Virus record (IMG/VR): IMGVR_UViG_3300029305_001878
Span: 128,001 to 185,517 of that record
Source: a virus
Taxonomy: Duplodnaviria > Heunggongvirae > Uroviricota > Caudoviricetes
Direction: 5' to 3' (one strand)
Length of the DNA stretch: 57,517 bases
Position numbers and translations under genes: made by a program. Within the stretch, counting starts at the first letter, position 1; each line of letters begins with the position of its first letter. The notes beneath the pieces were generated by a model that saw only the letters and a list, made by a program, of their open reading frames with translations, was not told the origin of the DNA and made no database searches. Positions 17,895 to 25,235 of this stretch are shown piece after piece.

Positions 17895-17984
17895 AAGGCA
17901 GAATTGATATTACAGCAAATCTTTTGGTTTCATATTTGGGTCAATCCCCGGATACGAGGTTCAAGTCCTTGATTTTCTGCCTTG
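17895..17984 (+). ncRNA. ACAGCAA-stem element copy 3 (contains a T-arm)
   Basis: AAGGCAGAA/TTCTGCCTT stem, ACAGCAA at 17912-17918, internal CGAGG-TTCAAGT-CCTTG. Confidence 0.6.
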
Positions 17985-18008
17985 AACAAGAAAATTTAAT
18001 AGGTGTTT

Positions 18009-18133
18009 TAGACGGCGTTACTGCAATTTTATTACTAATAGAATTGTATTAAAAGAAAAAAATTTTATTGTGTTTAAATAAAATTTTAGGTAAGTCGGCC
18101 GACTAATAAAGTTTTTAAAAAGAAGCCGTCTAG
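18009..18133 (+). ncRNA. ACAGCAA-stem element copy 4 (ACTGCAA variant)
   Basis: TAGACGGC/GCCGTCTA stem with a long AU-rich insert. Confidence 0.55.
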
Positions 18134-18337
18134 TAAGACTTCCAACAGGAGAACCAAGGACTATTGTATGCGGGCCTTGGCTGGAAGAAAAGCCTATCCT
18201 TTCTTATATAGTTAAGTATATAAGGAAACAAAAACTATGTCCTGCTATCGAGAGTTTTTACATCCTGACCCAAAGAATGGTTTGTTTTTTACTCGATAGT
18301 TTTTTTATATATACAATTGAATAAAGGAGGTATTTAA

Positions 18338-18403
18338 ATGATTATCGGAGATATCGATGATTTTATTTTTGCAGATGAAGAAGCATATGTCAGTGAGAGA
18401 TAA
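18338..18403 (+). CDS. small acidic peptide (21 aa)
   Basis: Strong AAGGAGG RBS; MIIGDIDDFIFADEEAYVSER. Confidence 0.45.
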   Translation: MIIGDIDDFIFADEEAYVSER

Positions 18404-18418
18404 TTGCTTTTTCATCAA

Positions 18419-18503
18419 TTATCTTAATGCGCCGAGTCGTTAAAGCGATTCGCTGGTCCCAAGCCCAGAGTTCGGGTTAACCGAAAACCGCAGAGGGAGA
18501 TAA
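18419..18503 (+). ncRNA. twister self-cleaving ribozyme (P1 type)
   Basis: P1 TTATCT/AGATAA, TAA, P2 TGC/GCA, P3 CGAGTCG/CGATTCG, P4 CTGG-TCCCAAGC-CCAG, P5 TTCGG/CCGAA, GAGGG; matches the twister core layout. Confidence 0.75.
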
Positions 18504-18506
18504 TAT

Positions 18507-18598
18507 GGAGAGGTACCCAAGGGGTCATAAGGGGGCGGTCTACTAAACCGCTAGCCGGAACATCCCGGGCGTGGGTTCGAATCCCACCCTCTCCGCCA
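18507..18598 (+). tRNA. trnS: tRNA-Ser(ACU), A34 anticodon
   Basis: GCGGT/ACCGC stem, CTACTAA loop, long variable arm, G73, CCA. Confidence 0.85.
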
Positions 18599-18601
18599 TA
18601 T

Positions 18602-18676
18602 GGGGTTGTAGTTTAAAGGTAAAGCGGAGGACTTATAATCCTTTGTTGCTTGGTTCAAGTCCAGCCAGCCCTACCA
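18602..18676 (+). tRNA. trnI: tRNA-Ile(UAU)
   Basis: GAGGA/TCCTT stem, CTTATAA loop, A73, CCA. Confidence 0.85.
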
Positions 18677-18682
18677 TCCTAT

Positions 18683-18754
18683 AAGACGCACACAGCAATT
18701 TTATATATATTCATTCTTAACCTTTTAAATTAACGATATGATTATGGCGTCTTG
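18683..18754 (+). ncRNA. ACAGCAA-stem element copy 5
   Basis: AAGACGC-ACACAGCAA...GCGTCTTG. Confidence 0.65.
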
Positions 18755-18761
18755 ATTTTAT

Positions 18762-18837
18762 GTTCCAGTAGCATAATGGATAGTGCATCGGATTTCTAAT
18801 CCGAGTTGTCAGGGTTCGAGTCCTTGCTGGAACGCCA
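18762..18837 (+). tRNA. trnR: tRNA-Arg(UCU)
   Basis: GTTCCAG/CTGGAAC acceptor stem, TTTCTAA loop, CCA. Confidence 0.9.
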
Positions 18838-18860
18838 TTATATAAAAAAGGAGAATATAA

Positions 18861-19100
18861 ATGAAATTTACTAACGCAAAGTAGATTCAAGATTTTCTCG
18901 AAGCAGTTAATCAATGTAATAGTGAAGTATATTTAATCAGTCCAGAAGGAGATAGATTTAATTTAAAATCTTCTTTATCTCAATATGTTGCTATTGGAGC
19001 ATTATTAGGTGAACGTGGCGATTATTTAGAATTATTCTGCAATGACAGAGTTGATGAATCTTACTTAATGAAATTTTTATATGAACACCCAGAGGTTTAA
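18861..19100 (+). CDS. small HPr-fold-like protein (1 in-frame TAG)
   Basis: AAGGAG RBS; TAG at 18882; FLEAVNQCNSEVYLISPEGDRFNLKSSLSQY resembles small clostridial HPr-like proteins. Confidence 0.6.
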
Positions 19101-19244
19101 TTAATTATCTTAATTAATTAAACCTTTTTTCTATTTTATTTGACTTTTCTCTTTTTTTATTGTATAATTTAATTGGGTATAATTGTGTAATAATAAAAAT
19201 TTTATCTTGAAGATATATAGAATTATAAATGAAGAGGTGAGCAA

Positions 19245-19955
19245 ATGGCTTGTATAGATGATGCTTGCGCTGCAAGTTGCACTGGCGATTGTTTTACTAC
19301 TTGTACTGGCGGATGTAGTGGTGGATGTTATACTGGATGTACAGGATGCGGAGGTAACTGTACTGGTACTTGTGAATCTGATTGCGCAAAAGGATGTTCT
19401 TCTACTTGTAGTCCTGCAGGTGCTTGTTATTCAAACTGTGCGGTAGACTGTCAAGGTACTTGTAAGGGTACTTGTGATGGAAGTTGTACTGGCGGCTGTG
19501 ATGGTAGTTGTTCAGGTGATTGTTGGGGTACTTGTACTGGCACTTGTAGTGGAGGTTGTAAAGGCTCTTGTACTGGCTGTTCTGGTACTTGTAAGAGTAC
19601 TTGCGCGACTGGGTGCGCAGTAGGTTGTTCTACGACCGCAAATATAGAAACGTTTAATCAATTAGACGCATTAAGTATTTCAATAAGTGACTTAATGTAT
19701 GCAAGTGAAATAGAAATTATTGAAAAATCTGCATTAAATGAATTAAAGAGACGTAGTATTACTACTAATAATACTGATTTAACTGTTAATGCAGGGGATG
19801 AAATTCTTCGAACTATATTAGAGTCTATCTATAATAAGTTAATTGATTTGAATTATAGTCCAAATGCTAATGATAATAATCAAGATGCTACAAAAGCAGA
19901 TGAAATAAACAGATATATTACTTTTATAAAAACAAAATATCAAGAGGAAGTTTAA
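19245..19955 (+). CDS. CXXX-repeat Cys-rich protein, putative radical SAM target 1
   Basis: About 30 Cys, mostly every 4th residue among small residues, followed by a ~100-aa non-Cys domain. Confidence 0.85.
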   Translation: MACIDDACAASCTGDCFTTCTGGCSGGCYTGCTGCGGNCTGTCESDCAKGCSSTCSPAGACYSNCAVDCQGTCKGTCDGSCTGGCDGSCSGDCWGTCTGTCSGGCKGSCTGCSGTCKSTCATGCAVGCSTTANIETFNQLDALSISISDLMYASEIEIIEKSALNELKRRSITTNNTDLTVNAGDEILRTILESIYNKLIDLNYSPNANDNNQDATKADEINRYITFIKTKYQEEV

Positions 19956-19958
19956 TTA

Positions 19959-21242
19959 ATGAAAAAAGGTCAAGAAAGTTATAGTGAATTTATTGGAAGA
20001 ATTTATCCTGATTCTCAAATGGTAAAATCAGTTACATTACAGGTAACTGAAGATTGTAATTTATGTTGTACTTATTGTTATTAGATTAACAAAAAGAAAA
20101 ATTCTATGTCATATGAAACTGCTATAAAGTTTATTGATTATATTTTAAAAGGTGATAGTGATTATTTAAACTTTGAAAATAGCGGTGGTTTTGTTTTAGA
20201 CTTCATTGGTGGAGAACCTTTGTTGGAAGTTGATTTAATTTGTGATGTTTCTAAATATTTAATCGAGAAAATGATTAGAGAAAATCATCCTTGGTTGCAT
20301 AAATTTAGAATTTTAGTAGGCTCAAACGGCACTTTATATTTTAATGAAAAATTCCAAAAATTATTAGAAACATATGGTAATTGGATAGTATATGATGTAA
20401 CCATTGACGGCAATAAAGAATTGCACGATAGTTGTAGAGTATTTCCAGATGGCAGCGGCAGTTATGATTTAGCAGTTGCGGCTATGAGAGATTATAGTCA
20501 CGGTTTTAAGGATAGATTATCTTCTAAAATAACTTTAGCACCTGAAAATTTACCTCTTATGAATGAGGCATTGCGGCATTTTATTTCTCTTGGCTTTACT
20601 GATATTAATGCAAACTGCGTTTTTGAAGATGTTTGGTCTATTAAAGATGCTAAAATCTTTTATCAGCAATTAAAAGAATTTGCTGATTATGTATTAGATA
20701 ATGATTTAGATGAAAAAATTTATTGTTCTTTATTTAGAGAAGAGGCTTTTAGTCCTTATACTGGTAATAATGATAACTGGTGTGGTGGCACGGGTAAAAT
20801 GCTTGCTATGAACCATACTGGTAATTTATATCCTTGTTTAAGATATATGGAATCTTCTCTTGGTGATAGTGTAGAACCTATTATTATAGGTCATATTGAT
20901 ACTGGTATTGGTTCTAATGAAAAAGAACAAGAATGGATAAAAGGATTACAAGCAATTACTTATACAAGTCAATCTCCCGAAGAATGTTTAAATTGTCCAA
21001 TTGCAGATGGATGCGCTTGGTGCTCTGCTTATAATTATCAAGTTTTTGGTGAAATAAATAAAAGAGCAACTTTTATTTGTATAATGCATAAAGCAAGAGC
21101 ATTAGGCAATTATTATTATTGGAATAAATATTATAAGAAATATAATAAAGAAGAAAGAAAAAAAGTTTATATCCCTAAAGAATGGGCTTTAGAAATTATT
21201 TCTGAAGATGAATTTAATTATTTAATTGAATTATCAAAATAA
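19959..21242 (+). CDS. radical SAM/SPASM peptide maturase, CXXX-repeat target family (TIGR04115-like; 1 in-frame TAG)
   Basis: TEDCNLCCTYCY* (CxxxCxxC, TAG at 20082), DFIGGEPLL, WCGGTGKML..YPCLRY, CLNCPIADGCAWC..NY..RATFICIMHKAR. Confidence 0.9.
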
Positions 21243-21258
21243 TAATTAAAAAAGGAGG

Positions 21259-22026
21259 TTGGAAAATATGGCAAACGGTAATAATTGTATAGATGATGTT
21301 TGTACTACCAGTTGTGTTGGTGATTGTTTTACTACTTGTACTGGTGCATGCAGTAGTGGTAATGTATGTAAAGGCGGATGTACTGGTGGATGTTATAAAA
21401 CTTGTACTGGTGGATGCGGTGGCGGATGCGGTAATGATTGCACAGATACTTGTAATGATACTTGTAATACAACTTGTGTGAAAACTTGTGCTGATGATTG
21501 TACTGGTGGATGCAAAGAAACTTGTACTGGCGGATGTGATAATACTTGTAGTAGTTGTTCTTATGGTTGTGCTTCTGATTGTTACGCTTATTGTGTGGAC
21601 TATTGTAATAATAGTTGTAGTGGAGGATGTAAAGAAGGTTGTAGAACAGTTTGTTCAAATGCTTGTAAAGATGATTGTGGAGCCGCTTGTAAATCAAGTA
21701 ATCAAGAAACCTTATTAGTAACACCAGTTACTAATTTAAGAAATAACTTAAAAATTGGTGCAATAGTTCACGCAGATGAATTAGATTTAATAGAACAAGC
21801 CCTTATATTTGAATTAGAACGCAGAAACTTAACTTCAACTACAGGAGATACGCAATTAAGTAGAGATACTGCGGTTTTAGCAAATATAATCAAATCACTT
21901 CACGAAAAAAGTGAAAAAGCATCCTATAACAAAGATAGTAACCAATTCTTAATAGATGATGATGAATTAGTAGGCTATATTGACTATGTTATAACATTAT
22001 TTGGTCAATATGTACAACAATCTTAA
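21259..22026 (+). CDS. CXXX-repeat Cys-rich protein, putative radical SAM target 2
   Basis: Same architecture as 19245..19955, with a shared N-terminus CIDDxCxxSCxGDCFTTCTG. Confidence 0.85.
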   Translation: MENMANGNNCIDDVCTTSCVGDCFTTCTGACSSGNVCKGGCTGGCYKTCTGGCGGGCGNDCTDTCNDTCNTTCVKTCADDCTGGCKETCTGGCDNTCSSCSYGCASDCYAYCVDYCNNSCSGGCKEGCRTVCSNACKDDCGAACKSSNQETLLVTPVTNLRNNLKIGAIVHADELDLIEQALIFELERRNLTSTTGDTQLSRDTAVLANIIKSLHEKSEKASYNKDSNQFLIDDDELVGYIDYVITLFGQYVQQS

Positions 22027-22159
22027 TTTGATTTTTTTTAAAAAAAATGATATAATATATTTACAAAGTTAAGGAAAAGAAAAATTAATTTTTCTTTTCC
22101 TTAACAGAAGAAAATTTGATTTTTTAAAAAAAATATGATATAATATATTTACAAAGTTA

Positions 22160-22223
22160 AAGACTCAAACAGCAATTTTATTAAACATCTGAAATGGGTT
22201 CTGATAAATTTTAAGGAGTCTTG
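22160..22223 (+). ncRNA. ACAGCAA-stem element copy 6
   Basis: AAGACTC-AAACAGCAA...GAGTCTTG directly after a promoter. Confidence 0.65.
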
Positions 22224-22230
22224 TTAATAT

Positions 22231-22304
22231 AGAGGATGTAGTGTAATGGCAACACGCCACATTTGGGATGTGGAATCGCGGTTCAAATCCGACATCTTCT
22301 ACCA
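22231..22304 (+). tRNA. trnP: tRNA-Pro(UGG)
   Basis: CCACA/TGTGG stem, TTTGGGA loop, CCA; irregular T stem. Confidence 0.8.
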
Positions 22305-22307
22305 TAT

Positions 22308-22384
22308 GCGGGATTGGCGCAGCAGGTAGCGCATCTGACTTACATTCAGGAGGCTCATAGGTTCAAATCCTATATCCCGCACCA
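22308..22384 (+). tRNA. trnV: tRNA-Val(UAC)
   Basis: GCGGGAT/ATCCCGC acceptor stem, CTTACAT loop, CCA. Confidence 0.9.
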
Positions 22385-22407
22385 AAGTTTCTTCATAAAT
22401 CGCTCCA

Positions 22408-22523
22408 AAGACACATACAGCAAATTTTGTTTAGTAAAACAATGTGTTATAGGTTCGAGTCCTATCTTGTGAGTATTTTGCGAGTCGACCAATTGGTAGG
22501 TCAATTGTCTAAAATGTGTCTTG
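22408..22523 (+). ncRNA. ACAGCAA-stem element copy 7, enclosing a circularly permuted tRNA-like module
   Basis: Order inside the AAGACAC/GTGTCTT stem: ACAAT, T arm ATAGG-TTCGAGT-CCTAT, CTTGTGA, linker, TTGCGAG, D arm GACC/GGTC, ATTGT. Confidence 0.7.
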
Positions 22524-22551
22524 TAATTTTCCCTTCGTTCAAATTAAATAT

Positions 22552-22627
22552 TGGGGATTGGTGTAATTGGTAGTCACATTTGACTTTGACTCAAACAGCG
22601 TAGGTTCGAATCCTGCATCCCCAGCCA
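22552..22627 (+). tRNA. trnQ: tRNA-Gln(UUG)
   Basis: TGGGGAT/ATCCCCA acceptor stem, CTTTGAC loop, G73, CCA. Confidence 0.9.
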
Positions 22628-22729
22628 CGCCAGTGAAGAGTGAACAAATGTAGGCACACTGGGGTATCAATAAAAGGCGGTATGTGTGGTTAAAGAGGGC
22701 AGACCTTAATGCAACCTCATTTTTAATAT

Positions 22730-22817
22730 GCCGCTGTGGTGGAACAGGTAGACACCACAGACTTAAAATCTGTTGCTCTTTTTGGGCGTGCCGGTTCGAG
22801 TCCGGCCAGCGGCACCA
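22730..22817 (+). tRNA. trnL: tRNA-Leu(UAA)
   Basis: ACAGA/TCTGT stem, CTTAAAA loop, long variable arm, CCA. Confidence 0.9.
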
Positions 22818-22943
22818 TATGATTAAAATCAACTAACATTTTGTTAGTTGATTTTTTTTATTTGTTTGGACCGACCGGCAACAAACGCAAGAATCGAAAA
22901 CCCAAATCAAAAAATCGATTTAGAAATTTTAAGGAGGATTTAT

Positions 22944-23513
22944 ATGTCATATCAATTAACGCGTAATACTCTATCTCGATATCTAAATACTGATACATTG
23001 AAAATCCAAGAGTGTAAAGAAATAGAAAATTTTCAACCTTTGTTACAAAAGAACTATGGAGAAGATTATGATTGCTCATTGGTTTCAATTACTATGATAA
23101 TTAATAACTATCGAAAAGAATTAGTTCCTTTAGATATTTATAAAAAAGTAGAAAAGATTGCTAAAAATTATTTTTATAATGGAAAAGTATTTGGTACTTT
23201 ACCTTTCTTTATAAAAAGCATTTTTGATAGAACTTTAAAAGAATATAAAATATATAAAACCACAAAAGCAAAATATTTAAAAGATTGCGGTTTTACCTAT
23301 AATTTAATAAAGGAAAACATAAAAGCGCAAAAGCCTATGATTTTATCTATGTGGAATGATGGCCGCAACTATTATAAGAATCATAGTGTAGTAATTATTG
23401 GATATGCTATAATAAATAATAAAAAGTTTTTAATAGTATTTGATAATTGGAGTCGTGAAAAGGCTTATATTGATTACTCAAAATTAAATAAAATGAGTTG
23501 CTTAAACTATTAA
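22944..23513 (+). CDS. papain-like (C39-like) cysteine peptidase
   Basis: AAGGAGG RBS before ATG 22944; DCSLVSITM (Cys), NHSVVIIGY (His), VFDNW (Asp). Confidence 0.65.
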   Translation: MSYQLTRNTLSRYLNTDTLKIQECKEIENFQPLLQKNYGEDYDCSLVSITMIINNYRKELVPLDIYKKVEKIAKNYFYNGKVFGTLPFFIKSIFDRTLKEYKIYKTTKAKYLKDCGFTYNLIKENIKAQKPMILSMWNDGRNYYKNHSVVIIGYAIINNKKFLIVFDNWSREKAYIDYSKLNKMSCLNY

Positions 23514-23603
23514 AAAAAAATTTGACAAAACTAAAAAATCTATCTACAAATTATTTTAATAATTTTAGAAGAGATAACTTTTGATTGGAGGTTAAAGTTT
23601 ACT

Positions 23604-23972
23604 ATGGCCGTAACTATATAGTTAAAGCGTGGTACTGCCGAGGCTTGGAAAAGAGTTAATCCTATTCTTGCTGTTGGTGAACCTGGTTTTGAAAAAGATA
23701 CTAATCGCTTAAAAATTGGTGATGGTATTAATAATTGGGTTAATTTACCTTATCAAGATTAGAGTAACGAAAATGTATTTAATACCAATACTCGTTATGA
23801 ATTTCCAAGTATAGGTAAAGAAAATGTTATTTATAAAGCCTCCCAAGAAGCAAAATTATATCAATGGAATCCTACCTTAAATATCTATGAGTCTTTAATT
23901 GGTTCAGGAGATGGTGGCAGTCTCGATGATATAGATTTAATAAATGGAGGTAACGCATATGGCAACTCTTAA
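23604..23972 (+). CDS. tail-fibre/adhesin N-terminal motif protein (2 in-frame TAG)
   Basis: TI*LKRGTAEAW..NPILAVGEPGFEKDTNRLKIGDG; TAGs at 23619 and 23760. Confidence 0.8.
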
Positions 23973-25221
23973 TACCAGAATAGCGTTAAGAAGTGACTCT
24001 TCAGCCAATTGGGCAAATAATAGTTCTGTTATTTTACTGAAAGGCGAAATGGGTATTGAATTTGACGATTCTGGCAATGTCAAAATGAAAGTCGGCGACG
24101 GTATCTCCACTTGGGCCGCACTACCTTATTTTGCAGGTAGCGACGCAAGCACCGAAACCGCAAAACCAAGTCAGGTATTCCAAGCCGATATTGAAGGCGA
24201 AGAAACTGATTTAGAGGCAATTAATCGTGTTGTTGGCGAAGCAGTTGTCTCTGAAGGCGATATGGCTATCGTAAGAGCCACTACCGCTGAAAAAACTTTC
24301 CATACCGCTTATGTTTATGACAATGGCGCTTGGGCTGCTATGGACGGCAATTATAATGCTGAAAATGTTTACTTTGATGAAGATTTATTAACTACTGTTG
24401 CAGTTGGTAATATTGAATTAGTAAATGGACAAGCAACTATTGCTTCTACTGGCAAAAACTTAAAAGAAGTTTGGGAATCTATCTTTGTTAAAGAGCAGAA
24501 TCCTGAAACTATTGATCCTGCAGTATCTTTCACTTCTGCTACTACTGGTAGTTATGAAGTTGGTACTTCAGTCACTCCAAAATGTACTGTTAAATTAGAT
24601 CCTGGCTCCTATTCTTATGGACCTGAAACTGGCATTACCCCAAGTAGTTGGACTGTCCAATTAAAGAATGGCTCTACTGTTGCTCAAACTCGTTCTTCTG
24701 CATTTGCCGAATTTGATTCTATCATTTTAAGCGACGGCGCTAATTATTCTTATGTTGCAACTGCCGCATATGAAGATGGCGCGATGCCTTTAACCAATAG
24801 AGGTAATGAATATGCAGATGGACAAATTAAAGCAGGTAGCGATAGTGAAACTTATAGCAGTAAAATTTCTAGTTATAGAAATACTTTTTATGGCACTTTT
24901 ACTGAAAAAGACACACCTACCAGTGAAAATATTAGAGGATTAGCCGGAAAATCTGGTCGAGCATTATCTAACGGTTCTTCTTTCACTTTTGATGTTCCTG
25001 TTGGCGCATTAAGAACTGTTATTGCTTATCCTGCTTCTTTACGAGATTTAACTGCGGTAAAAGATAATAATGACTCTATGAGTAACATTATTTCTTCTTT
25101 CACTAAAATGACTGTATCCGTACAAGGTGCTGATGGATTTAGCGGTATTGATTACAAAGTCTATTATATTGACTATGCTAACGCTAATGATGTGGCTAAC
25201 AAATATACTGTAAATATTTAA
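23959..25221 (+). CDS. putative virion/tail-fibre protein
   Basis: N-terminal IALRSD..W...ILLKGEMGIE..KMKVGDG motif; no TAG. Confidence 0.8.
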   Translation: MATLNTRIALRSDSSANWANNSSVILLKGEMGIEFDDSGNVKMKVGDGISTWAALPYFAGSDASTETAKPSQVFQADIEGEETDLEAINRVVGEAVVSEGDMAIVRATTAEKTFHTAYVYDNGAWAAMDGNYNAENVYFDEDLLTTVAVGNIELVNGQATIASTGKNLKEVWESIFVKEQNPETIDPAVSFTSATTGSYEVGTSVTPKCTVKLDPGSYSYGPETGITPSSWTVQLKNGSTVAQTRSSAFAEFDSIILSDGANYSYVATAAYEDGAMPLTNRGNEYADGQIKAGSDSETYSSKISSYRNTFYGTFTEKDTPTSENIRGLAGKSGRALSNGSSFTFDVPVGALRTVIAYPASLRDLTAVKDNNDSMSNIISSFTKMTVSVQGADGFSGIDYKVYYIDYANANDVANKYTVNI

Positions 25222-25235
25222 GGGGGTAAAAAACG

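Noticed and set aside
17242-18914. ORF-track calls overlapping tRNAs (17242, 17855, 18717; also 22263, 22539, 48644, 48675)
   Set aside because: They lie on or antisense to clear tRNA genes.
19258-21724. Alternative-frame ORFs over the Cys-rich genes (19258, 21293, 21332, 21488)
   Set aside because: These are by-products of the TGT/ACT/GGT codon periodicity; they have no RBS and are low-complexity V/L or H/Y strings.
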